This document shows positions 17,116-25,509 of a DNA stretch of 32,000 nt, piece by piece. The notes under the pieces were generated by a model. The model was not told the origin of the DNA. It made no database searches and saw only the letters and a program-made list of their open reading frames with translations. The stretch is from positions 1,500,001 to 1,532,000 of the forward strand of contig NC_022093.1 of NCBI RefSeq assembly GCF_000446015.1, given 5' to 3'. The stretch's first letter is position 1. Each line of letters begins with the position of its first letter. Origin of the DNA: Thermofilum adornatum. GTDB taxonomy: Archaea; Thermoproteota; Thermoprotei; Thermofilales; Thermofilaceae. The translations under genes and the position numbers were made by a program.

Positions 17116-18424
17116 AAATTTGGAAAAGATAGAGACCTTGAAAACAATTATCAAGCTATTGCATGAGGGGAAAAGCGTCCAGGAGCTAAAGGAACAATAT
17201 TCAGATCTTCTTAGACAGGTTTCACCCTTGGAGATACCATTCCTGGAACAACAGCTAGTAAGAGAAGGACTTGTGTCGGTGAACGATATACTTAAACTGT
17301 GCGATCTACATGTAGAGCTTTTCAGGGAGTCACTCGAAACCAGGACACTACAAGGTGTGCCCAGTGGTCATCCACTGGACCTCCTAATGAAGGAAAACGA
17401 CTGGATTGCAAAGAGGGCCGAGATCCTTGGAATGTATGCCTCCTCTCTATTGGCGGCAGATCAGGCCAGGACTCCTGGTCTTCTGGAAAACATTAACAGG
17501 ATTCTAGGTGACCTGAAAAAGTTGAGGCTACATTACAGGAAGCTCCAGATGATAGTTTTTCCCTACCTTGAGAGGAGGGGCATCATCGCTGTTCCAAGAG
17601 TCCTCTGGGGAAGAGAAGACCAAGCACTCCGCAAACTACGTGAATTGTCAACAGAGATCGATTCCAAGCTGAAGAGCAAAGAAGCTATAGACCACAAAAA
17701 CCTTGCTGGCCGCCTCTTAGAGCTCTCCCGTGAAATACAGGACTTGGCTTTTCGAGAAGCCAAGATTCTGTTCCCAGCACTCTGGACATTGCTTGGCGAA
17801 GGAGAGTGGGTTGCGATACACGAAATTGCCGGCGAATTCGGCTACATTGTGGATGTCGACATACATGCTTGGAAACCTAACGTTGAGCCCGTACTGCCCT
17901 ACCAAATCAAGCCTATAATAACAGATGAACAGCTAGCAAGGGTTCCCGAAGAATTCAGACAAGTCGTCGCCGAAAAACTGGTGCCAGACGACTATCAAGT
18001 AAACCGAGATGGAGACCTAAACCTGTCGACGGGTTTCCTGGACAAAGTTGAATTAGAAGGCATATTCAAGGCTCTTCCACTAGAGATAACCTTTGCCGAC
18101 ACAAACAGGCGAGTCAGGTTATTCACCAAGAGCGAGACAGCAGAAGGGTTCCCCAGGGCGAAAACAATTATTGGCAGGAGGCTAGAGTTCTGCCACCCAC
18201 CAAGGCTCGAAAACTATGTGAAACTAAACGTCGAAAAATTAGAGCGAGGCCAAGAGAGATACAGGGTCTTCTGGACCAGGATGGGAGACAGGATACTCCG
18301 AGTAATTGTTTCTAGGGTAAACGATTCGAATGGACAGCTAGTAGGCATCCTGGAGATAGTCGAAGACTTCACTGAAATTCTTAATAACAGAGACGAAATA
18401 TTAAAGAAAGTAGTGGTACTCTAG
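17108..18424 (+). CDS. DUF438 / hemerythrin-like / PAS domain protein (COG2461-type putative sensor)
   Basis: The N-terminus IETLKTIIKLLHEGKSVQELKEQYSDLLRQVSPLEIPFLEQQLVREG is DUF438-like. The central part has H/E-rich helices (LCDLHVELFRE, LRLHYRKLQMIVFPYLE, FREAKILFPAL). The C-terminal part ITFADTNRRVRLFTKS...IIGRRLEFCHPPR...FWTRMGDRILRVIVSRVNDSNGQLVGILEIVEDFTEI is PAS-like. Confidence 0.75.
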   Translation: MSTNLEKIETLKTIIKLLHEGKSVQELKEQYSDLLRQVSPLEIPFLEQQLVREGLVSVNDILKLCDLHVELFRESLETRTLQGVPSGHPLDLLMKENDWIAKRAEILGMYASSLLAADQARTPGLLENINRILGDLKKLRLHYRKLQMIVFPYLERRGIIAVPRVLWGREDQALRKLRELSTEIDSKLKSKEAIDHKNLAGRLLELSREIQDLAFREAKILFPALWTLLGEGEWVAIHEIAGEFGYIVDVDIHAWKPNVEPVLPYQIKPIITDEQLARVPEEFRQVVAEKLVPDDYQVNRDGDLNLSTGFLDKVELEGIFKALPLEITFADTNRRVRLFTKSETAEGFPRAKTIIGRRLEFCHPPRLENYVKLNVEKLERGQERYRVFWTRMGDRILRVIVSRVNDSNGQLVGILEIVEDFTEILNNRDEILKKVVVL

Positions 18425-18426
18425 CC

Positions 18427-18831
18427 ATGAGAAGCATATTTGAACTTGCATACCGGTACATCGAGCCCGCAGTAAGGAGACAGCTCGTCCTCGAGCTCTA
18501 CAAAAGAGGCGTAGACAGGCGCAGAATAGTAGAACTCGTCGGCATATCGTCCTCGCTCGTTACCCGTTACATAGCTGGGCAAAGAGGCAACATGCTCGAC
18601 CTAACCCCCTACAGGGACGTAACCATGCTTATATCTCAACTCGCCGAGAAATCTATGGGCATGTCAAAGGAACAAGTAGAGGAACAAATATACCGCATTG
18701 TGCTCTACTTTTTGTCCCACAAGTATTTCTGCAATGTGCACCGTGTTCTTGTACCGGACATAGACCCGACAAAATGCCAAATATGTCCAAGCCTCTTCAA
18801 AAACTCTTCTCTAAGCCCAGAGCTTAGATAG
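18427..18831 (+). CDS. Small HTH transcriptional regulator (COG2522-like) with C-terminal Cys/His cluster
   Basis: RRRIVELVGISSSLVTRYIAGQRG is a helix-turn-helix of the gls-s-vS-Y--gkRG type. The C-terminus CNVH-x13-CQIC could bind a metal. It starts 2 nt after the DUF438 stop. Confidence 0.55.
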   Translation: MRSIFELAYRYIEPAVRRQLVLELYKRGVDRRRIVELVGISSSLVTRYIAGQRGNMLDLTPYRDVTMLISQLAEKSMGMSKEQVEEQIYRIVLYFLSHKYFCNVHRVLVPDIDPTKCQICPSLFKNSSLSPELR

Positions 18832-18894
18832 ATGACTCAAAGTAGCATTTTTCTATATCAAGAAGGACAATGGATATTACGGCATTTAATTACG

Positions 18895-19145
18895 TTAGAT
18901 TAGGTCTACTTCTTCGAGATCCCCGAGTTTAGCCTGTTTTGCCTTGAGCCGTCTTCTTCTCTGCCTTACCCATACAAGTGCCTCATTAATACTTGGAGCC
19001 CTCAAAATGGCTAGCTCGTTTTCCCTTGCCTCTACAATAACGTATCCGCTTTCTTTGATGCCATATTTTTCCCTAAATATCTTGGGATAATTATTTGTCC
19101 CTTTGGGCCCACTTTCAGTTTTTGTTTAACCCTTTGGTAATACAT
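18895..19145 (-). pseudogene. AbrB/SpoVT (MazE/VapB-like) antitoxin-type gene with a 1-nt frameshift
   Basis: Frame 1 from ATG 19145 reads MYYQRVKQKLKVGPKGQIIIP and then stops early. A second frame has no start but reads PKIFREKYGIKESGYVIVEARENELAILRAPS...LEEVDLI*. Joined, they give a canonical looped-hinge AbrB motif. The shift is at a C3 run (plus strand cttgggat, 19081-19088). Confidence 0.55.
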
Positions 19146-19269
19146 ATTAGACCAAGGATAAATAACTTACCCTGACTCCATTATTACTAAAGATTTACTC
19201 TAAAATGTTGTTAACGTGGCCCTTTACTTATACCCTTGGTCTACCAAACCAAAATAGGAAGGTTGTTTT

Positions 19270-20700
19270 CTAACGAGTTTCCTTTAATAGGAGTGGGTTT
19301 GCCATTGCCTTGACGACTGCCTCTTCTGACAGAGGGTCGTCGGTGGGATAGTCTGGGTCCATGAGTAGGGGCAGGGCGAAAACATCTTCAGTTGTGAGCA
19401 TTATTGGTATATCTTTCGTATACAAGTTGTCTTCTATTAGGTCGACCTTGATTGGCCCCCTGGCTGTAAGAAATAAGAGTAGAGAGTTGTTGCCTCCCTC
19501 AACCTTTACTCTTAGCTTGTCAGCTCTGGCTATTATCCTCGTGGTCTTTATGCCTGCCCGTTTGCCGTTGCCCTCGGCCTCGTACTCAATCAGGGGTCCA
19601 TTAGGCCCGCTTGTTATTACCACTCTTCCCTGCCTGATCGCATCGAGGAATGCCTCCTCCGTCAAGCTCTCCATGTATAACAATGTTGTCGGCTCGCCCA
19701 GCCTGGGGATCCCCTCCTCGTGCCTTATCTTGTGGGCATCGCTCCCACCAATAGCGACCACGTTTCTACCGCTACTAAGAAGCTCGACGTACTTCCTCAG
19801 GGAGAGATAGTTAAAGTACTCCCACATTGTCTGCCAAGCCTCCATCACCCAGACTTTTTCCCAGTTCCCCAACAGCCAAGGATAGTCCGGCTTTGGGTGA
19901 TTGATTGACGCGATGTAGCCATACTTCTCGGCCAGCTCTATTATCTTGGTCATATCACTCTCAGTTCTCGCGCGGAAGTCTATCCATTTCCGCACACCAA
20001 ACAGGTTCATGTGCCCATAATACGTGGTTATCTCCATCCCGGGAAAGATTTTCACCGGCCCCCCAATTTCCAGGCATTCCCGCACGTGGCTGATAGTATT
20101 GTGATCCGTAAGTGCGACAAAGTCTAGACCCTTCTCGCGGGCCTTTTCAGCTATCTCCCAGACCTCAGCATCCCCATCACTGTGAACCGAGTGCGTGTGA
20201 AGGTCTCCCTTGTACCACCTTACTCCACCATACGGAACGGATGTGCTTGTTGTTCTCCTGTATGTATATTCCTCCTCGAAGCCCCTCATATCCACGGAAA
20301 TAGCGTAGTCGCAGCCACATGACGGAACCTTGTAAAGCCCAAGGACAATGTGCCACGTTCCAGGCTTTACCTCGCCGGGAAGGTAGCCAGGAGTAGCATA
20401 GCGTTCCCCAACTACTATCTTCTTTTTTGCTGTCCCGCTCCACCCCCTAAAGGCTTCTGGCTCAGCAGGGAAGTCTACCCTGCCAGGAGAAAACAGGCCG
20501 ATGTCTATTTCGCATACCCCAGTGTCTTTTGCCCTGTAGCTGTACTCTATTACGATGGACTTTACGCCAGAAGGGACATCCATAGGTATAAGCAGGAAGT
20601 CGCTCTTTTCCTTGTCCTGGGGGCTAATAGTCCCCCTTAAATCTAGACGAGATATGCTCACAAAATAGAATCGTTTTATTCCCCTAAATGTTTTTTGCAA
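19270..20700 (-). CDS. CehA/McbA-family PHP-domain metallohydrolase with N-terminal beta-sandwich domain
   Basis: WYKGDLHTHSVHSDGD and FVALTDHNT are PHP metal-binding motifs, and GGSDAH occurs later. The N-terminal roughly 150 aa (..FRGWSG...PGYLPGEVKPGTWHIVLGLYKV..) is typical of this family. Confidence 0.75.
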   Translation of the reverse strand: MQKTFRGIKRFYFVSISRLDLRGTISPQDKEKSDFLLIPMDVPSGVKSIVIEYSYRAKDTGVCEIDIGLFSPGRVDFPAEPEAFRGWSGTAKKKIVVGERYATPGYLPGEVKPGTWHIVLGLYKVPSCGCDYAISVDMRGFEEEYTYRRTTSTSVPYGGVRWYKGDLHTHSVHSDGDAEVWEIAEKAREKGLDFVALTDHNTISHVRECLEIGGPVKIFPGMEITTYYGHMNLFGVRKWIDFRARTESDMTKIIELAEKYGYIASINHPKPDYPWLLGNWEKVWVMEAWQTMWEYFNYLSLRKYVELLSSGRNVVAIGGSDAHKIRHEEGIPRLGEPTTLLYMESLTEEAFLDAIRQGRVVITSGPNGPLIEYEAEGNGKRAGIKTTRIIARADKLRVKVEGGNNSLLLFLTARGPIKVDLIEDNLYTKDIPIMLTTEDVFALPLLMDPDYPTDDPLSEEAVVKAMANPLLLKETR

Positions 20701-20750
20701 ATATGGCAGTCAAATTAAATGTAAACGAGACCTTTTCGGCAAGCGTGTCA

Positions 20751-21146
20751 TCAATTTTTCTTTTCTACCCCAAAATACCTCCTTATATCTCGCTTGGCGA
20801 GGATGAGAAACACAGCTAGAGAGTATAATACGCCGAGAAGGCCCCATAGGTCTCCCACGAGAATAGTCGAAACACTGACTATGAGTACCATGGCTTCGAT
20901 GATAAATGTTAGCCACCATGCCCACGAGCCGCCAATCAAGAGGCTTGTCCCGACGACAAGTCCAAAGAAACTTGCTAGGAGTGCAGTTATTCCCATAATT
21001 GCGTTTTCAACTTTGTAGGAAAAACATGTAAGAAAGATTATACCAGATACAAAGCCGAGAAGGCCAAGCAATAGGTGGAAAACAGAGATACACATGATAA
21101 TCTTAGGTTTACCCCCCAAAAATTGGGCAAGTTTTTCCGTGTACAC
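20751..21146 (-). CDS. Small four-TM membrane protein, paralog of 28604-29056
   Basis: 131 aa. GGSWAWWLTFIIEAMVL...GDLWGLLGVLYSLAVFLILAKRDIRRYFGV aligns with GKGWAWWLTVILEALGL...GDPTSLIGLLIAALILWYMFKPHVKDFFGV in the other copy. Confidence 0.65.
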   Translation of the reverse strand: MYTEKLAQFLGGKPKIIMCISVFHLLLGLLGFVSGIIFLTCFSYKVENAIMGITALLASFFGLVVGTSLLIGGSWAWWLTFIIEAMVLIVSVSTILVGDLWGLLGVLYSLAVFLILAKRDIRRYFGVEKKN

Positions 21147-21195
21147 GTGTCTGAAACAAAGAAAAATGATTTAAGATTTTTTCATGAGAAGAGAT

Positions 21196-22035
21196 TTACA
21201 CATGCTTGTTCAGCCAGTCAGCCAGATCCCTGAACACTTTTTCCTTCTCAACTTCGTTGAAGATCTCGTGTAGCATACCATCATAAATCTTTAGGGTCTT
21301 GTCCTGTACGCCTAGCCCCTCAAAAAGCATCTTAGAAGCCTCAACAGGGACAAGGCAGTCCCTAGACCCATGCATCACAAGCGCCGGGACCCTTATCTTT
21401 TGAATGGCATCCCTGGCACCCAAGACCCCGCGGGAAAACTCGAATAGAAGCTTCATCGTCACCTCTTTTAGTACAAGGGGGTCCTCAATGTACCTCTTGC
21501 CCACCTCTGGATCCGTTGACAGGCACTCAACCTTAACGGGCAACTTCACCCTAGACTTTGGAGCCATCTTGCTCATCAACGAGACCATTATTCTGTCCCT
21601 GGTAGATGCCTCCAGCTGGACAGCGGCGCCGCTCGTTATCAGCCCGTTTATTTTGTCTCCTAGAACGCTGGCGGTATGAACAGCTATGAGGCCGCCCATG
21701 CTGTGTCCAAGGAGGAATACCTTCTTGTTTGGGAAAAATGTCTTAACACTCTCAAAAAATGCGACGGTGTCTTCTACAAAGTTTTCGAATTTGTCGATGT
21801 AGCCTTTTTCTCCTTGGCTTTTGCCGTGGCCCCGTAAGTCATACATGTAGAGCGCGTACCCGTTTTGTGCTAGAAAGTTTCCAAGATTATGGTAGCGGCC
21901 CGTATGCTCTGCGAAGCCGTGTACACCAACTATGATCGCCTTCGGGTCTCCCTGGGGAATCCACTTCCTGTAGATCGTAGAAAGACCTGTGGATAAACGG
22001 ATGCTTTCCTCGCTCACGTATTTCTTTACTGTCAA
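21196..22035 (-). CDS. Alpha/beta hydrolase (lysophospholipase / monoacylglycerol lipase-like, COG2267)
   Basis: VGVHGFAEHTGRY, nucleophile elbow GHSMGG, and C-terminal HGSRDCLVP...MLHEIF (Asp/His). The TTG at 22035 abuts a TATA-like TTTAAATATTTTT (22037-22049). The real start may therefore be GTG 22017, giving a leaderless mRNA. Confidence 0.85.
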   Translation of the reverse strand: MTVKKYVSEESIRLSTGLSTIYRKWIPQGDPKAIIVGVHGFAEHTGRYHNLGNFLAQNGYALYMYDLRGHGKSQGEKGYIDKFENFVEDTVAFFESVKTFFPNKKVFLLGHSMGGLIAVHTASVLGDKINGLITSGAAVQLEASTRDRIMVSLMSKMAPKSRVKLPVKVECLSTDPEVGKRYIEDPLVLKEVTMKLLFEFSRGVLGARDAIQKIRVPALVMHGSRDCLVPVEASKMLFEGLGVQDKTLKIYDGMLHEIFNEVEKEKVFRDLADWLNKHV

Positions 22036-22178
22036 AAAATATTTAAACCGTTTGCCACCTAAATGCCATTGCGACGTAAATTGTGTTCAAAGTTTTTGAG
22101 CCACAAATAAGAAACTATGCCAAATAACGTATCTTCTTTCGACAAAAATTTATATTCTACCTCAAAGCAATCCTACAC

Positions 22179-22880
22179 ATGGTCACAACCAGCGAAATAC
22201 TCTGGACGCTAGGCCTCTTTGCATGGGTAATGTTCGTTGTAACAGTCATTGCCAAAGCCACCTACAACTTCTTTGTAAAAAGGGGAAACCCCCAACGCGT
22301 AGCAATATACTATGCTAGAAAAGTCATACACATACTTGCTGGAGGCGCAGTATCGGTAATTATAGCATACCTACCAATATTCTCCTCCCCACTAATGCCC
22401 TTCATAATGGCACTCGTCCTCGCACTCCTAACATACCTCCCACACAAGACAGGCAAACTGATGTACTGGTTCCAGGACCCCGAAAACATCTACGAGGTCG
22501 ACTTCTGCATAGCCTGGGGCATATTCACAGCCCTTGGCTGGTACGCGGGCAAACAGCTAGGCTTCCAGAACCCCTTCCTCTTCCCAGCCCTACCACTCCT
22601 CATAATGGCCGTAGGAGACGGGGTCACAGGCATAGTCAGAAACAAGCTCTTCAAGAGAAGGGTGAAGCATTGGAGCGGCAACCTAGCAATGTTCATCGTT
22701 TCAGCCGCAATGGCCATCGTCATGGGCTTCGGCATACCAGGAATACTTTCGGCACTCCTAGGAAGCATAGTCGAAAAGTTTGAATACGTCGGGAAAATAA
22801 GGCTAGACGACAACATAACCGTCCCCACAGTATCCTTCTTAACACTATACGCCCTAATGCTCTTACGCCCAACTCCATAG
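22179..22880 (+). CDS. Polytopic membrane protein, dolichol/polyprenol kinase-like (COG0170-like, tentative)
   Basis: About 6-7 TM helices. YYARKVIHILAGG and AVGDGVTGIVRNKL...KHWSGNLAMF resemble the CTP-dependent polyprenol kinase motifs. TATA AAATTTATATT lies about 25-30 nt upstream of the ATG. Confidence 0.45.
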   Translation: MVTTSEILWTLGLFAWVMFVVTVIAKATYNFFVKRGNPQRVAIYYARKVIHILAGGAVSVIIAYLPIFSSPLMPFIMALVLALLTYLPHKTGKLMYWFQDPENIYEVDFCIAWGIFTALGWYAGKQLGFQNPFLFPALPLLIMAVGDGVTGIVRNKLFKRRVKHWSGNLAMFIVSAAMAIVMGFGIPGILSALLGSIVEKFEYVGKIRLDDNITVPTVSFLTLYALMLLRPTP

Positions 22881-23066
22881 CACCCAAAAATTGTCTGAAA
22901 AATCAAACAACATTTCCAAGTGTTTTCTTGAAATCGCATTATTCGTGTGGTAATGGATTAGAAAAAAGATTGTATAGAAGAAGTTTTCATGTTTGAATCT
23001 ATACTACGCAGAGAATTTATCTTATGAGAAAACCTTGGAGAAGAGATTAACTAGTAGAAAGAAAAA

Positions 23067-23621
23067 TTACAGCTGGTTGGCTATTTCTTTTGGTAGTCCT
23101 TTTTTGCTTATTTCTTCGTGGCTTATTTCGAGTACCTTGGTGGGCTCCTTTATTCCTTTCGACTTGATCTGTGCGAATAGTTCCTCCATGAATAGGCCAG
23201 GTTCGCTCGCCTTTGTTGTCTGTGTGCCTGTTGCTGTCGATGGGTCGCCGCGCCACTCGCCCTTGGTTGTTGTGTATATTCCGCAGGAGGGGCTTCCCTT
23301 TATGCCTATGACGATGTACTGGGCGCCCTTGCCTGTGAGCTCCTGGAGTAGGGTTAGTGTTGGCTCTAGGATGTGTCTGCAGTGTGCCCTGTAGTTTGGT
23401 GTGTCGTACTGGTTTTTGGTCATCCACCAGCGGTTCATGCCTAGGTATGTTGCTTCTGGGCAGGGTAGCTGTACTATGCCGTATCCCTTGTCTACGAGTA
23501 GCTTTACTAGTGATTCGACTGTTCCCTTGTGGCTGGCTAGACCTGGGGCCACGGTGTTCTGGTTTAGTATGCAGTGCGCTACGACTGCTATCTTCATTCC
23601 TCTAGCGTCTCCCATGGACAT
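23067..23621 (-). CDS. DUF523/YbbK-like protein (TudS-type Fe-S fold family)
   Basis: AHCILNQN...VQLPCPE...GIKGSPSCG reproduces the three-Cys pattern of DUF523 (sCLlG / CPE / SPSCG). The likely start is MKIAVV near 23597. Confidence 0.5.
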   Translation of the reverse strand: MSMGDARGMKIAVVAHCILNQNTVAPGLASHKGTVESLVKLLVDKGYGIVQLPCPEATYLGMNRWWMTKNQYDTPNYRAHCRHILEPTLTLLQELTGKGAQYIVIGIKGSPSCGIYTTTKGEWRGDPSTATGTQTTKASEPGLFMEELFAQIKSKGIKEPTKVLEISHEEISKKGLPKEIANQL

Positions 23622-23631
23622 CCTTGATTCC

Positions 23632-25509
23632 CTACTCTAGCTTTAGCCTGTTCCTTATGCGCCTAGTTGCCTCTGAGAGCTCGCTTATCCCGAGCTCTTT
23701 TAGTGTCTCGTCCCGAGGTATGCCGTACTGGTCCCAGCCAAGGTAGTCGAAGTACTCTTTTTTCTGTTTCTCGAGCTCTGTCCTATCCACTGCCTTGCCC
23801 TTGAATGGCCCAGACGGAAGTGGCTCGTAGAACCTGGGCGGGTTGTCGTCGTGTATCCTGGGGTCCCAATAGAGGTCTGGCCCTCCGAGGAGGAGTAACA
23901 CTCTCTGGAGGGAAACTATTCTCCTGGCGTGCTCCCTGAACCATTTTTCGCTAGAGATTTCCCAGCCTGTTATTGCTGTCAGGAATTGGTATGGCAGGTC
24001 GTCTACGGCGTTGAAGGAGCATATGACCGCGGAGTCCTCAAATGCAGCTGTGAACTCGCCCCAAGCCTTCTCTACTGGCAACCTTGGCGGGCTTGTGTGG
24101 TCTCCTCCCTGTACGCCTACAGCATAGGTAAAAGCCTGTGGGAAGTCTTTTCCGCTCCTCGCGCCGTGGGCACCTATGCCTATACCCTTTACGTGTACGG
24201 CGTAGCGCGACAGGTCTTGTCCCTTTAATTTGCTCAGCTTGTCTGCGGCCCTTGCTACTCCCTCTGCTAGTATATCTCCTATGCCCTTCCTGTAGGCTAT
24301 TGCCTCGAGTAGCCTTGCGAACGCCTCGGTGTCTCCCCATTTCAGGTCGAAGCCTACCTCTTCCCTTGTGAGGATCCCCTTCTCGCATAGCTCGGCGGCG
24401 AAGCCGGCAACGTTTCCTGTCTGTATGCCGCACAGGCCTAGGTCGTCTGCTAGGCTCGAGAGGTATATGTTTCCCCTAGGCTCGAAGACGCCGAGGTTGG
24501 GGCCTAGGTACGCCTGTAGCTCGTAGTCCGGCCCGTCCGTAACTGTACCATTGTATTTCCCACCGATTAGCCTCGAGATCTTCATACATGTTGATGGGCA
24601 GCCATAGTCTCCCCAGTACCTCTTGACCCAGTGTGCCTCATAGTTGTTTACGCCCATTGTCCTGGCATCGTGCCACTCTTCCTGCCAGTTCCTTATCGGC
24701 TCGCTACTCGTAAGGTTTGCTACCTCGTATCCACCGCTGCTTGTCCCCCACTGTTTCCAGAAAATGTTCTGGTTCAGCCTGTTCCACGCCTCCCTTACCA
24801 GTAGCTTTACCCATTCTGGGTGCTTGGCCGGCGGCATGGGCCCAAAGCCCTTGGCTACCACGGCCTTGAGCTTCTTGGACCCCATTACAGCCCCGTACCC
24901 GCCGTAGCCCGCTGCATGTGTAAGCTTTGCCATTACAGCGGCTGTCCTGACCATATTTTCTCCGGCTGGCCCTATGTAGACGAAGGAGGGCTCCTTTGTC
25001 AAGCCCACGTGGGCAAGGTTTTTCCTCTTGAGCTCGCCCCAGACCTCGCTGAAGAGCTTCTGGAACGTTTCCCTGCCCCTGAGGCCCCATAGGTGCTCTG
25101 CAGACCTAACCTCGACCTTTTCTCCCTCTATATAGATGTATACGGGGTCCTTCGAGGCTCCCTTTACTATGAGGCCGTCGTAGCCTGCGGCCCGTAGCTC
25201 GATTGCAAGCTCGCTTGACACTACAGAGCCCACGACGCCGTTTGTCTGAGGAGACTTGCCCGAGACAGCGAGCTTTACGCCTGGATAGTAGCCGGTCAGG
25301 GGACCTGTCAGGAATAGTAGGAGGTTTTCGGGCCCCAGCGGGTCCACTTGTTCCCACTTGTGCCCGAGCTCTTTCCAGAGGATGTACGCAGCTAGGCCCC
25401 TGCCCCCTATGAACTTGTAGGCTGTCTCTTCGTCGAGCTCTATTACCCTGTCTTTGTCTCTTGAGAGGTCTACCTCTAGTATTTTCCCGTTATAGCCGGG
25501 TATGTTCAT
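23632..25509 (-). CDS. aor: Aldehyde:ferredoxin oxidoreductase family tungsto/molybdopterin enzyme
   Basis: The N-terminus GKILEVDLSRDKDRVIELDEETAYKFIGGRGLAAYILWKEL is the classic AOR N-terminal domain. 625 aa. An ATGA overlap links it to the upstream ferredoxin gene, and GGTGGTGAG (SD) is present. Confidence 0.9.
   Translation of the reverse strand: MNIPGYNGKILEVDLSRDKDRVIELDEETAYKFIGGRGLAAYILWKELGHKWEQVDPLGPENLLLFLTGPLTGYYPGVKLAVSGKSPQTNGVVGSVVSSELAIELRAAGYDGLIVKGASKDPVYIYIEGEKVEVRSAEHLWGLRGRETFQKLFSEVWGELKRKNLAHVGLTKEPSFVYIGPAGENMVRTAAVMAKLTHAAGYGGYGAVMGSKKLKAVVAKGFGPMPPAKHPEWVKLLVREAWNRLNQNIFWKQWGTSSGGYEVANLTSSEPIRNWQEEWHDARTMGVNNYEAHWVKRYWGDYGCPSTCMKISRLIGGKYNGTVTDGPDYELQAYLGPNLGVFEPRGNIYLSSLADDLGLCGIQTGNVAGFAAELCEKGILTREEVGFDLKWGDTEAFARLLEAIAYRKGIGDILAEGVARAADKLSKLKGQDLSRYAVHVKGIGIGAHGARSGKDFPQAFTYAVGVQGGDHTSPPRLPVEKAWGEFTAAFEDSAVICSFNAVDDLPYQFLTAITGWEISSEKWFREHARRIVSLQRVLLLLGGPDLYWDPRIHDDNPPRFYEPLPSGPFKGKAVDRTELEKQKKEYFDYLGWDQYGIPRDETLKELGISELSEATRRIRNRLKLE

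Noticed and set aside
19149-19242. A 9-bp inverted repeat, AGACCAAGG (19149-19157) and CCTTGGTCT (19234-19242), flanks 76 nt between the AbrB-like start and the PHP gene stop.
   Set aside because: The arms are too far apart for a terminator hairpin. No target-site duplication or element-like content lies between them. A single 9-bp match is weak evidence.
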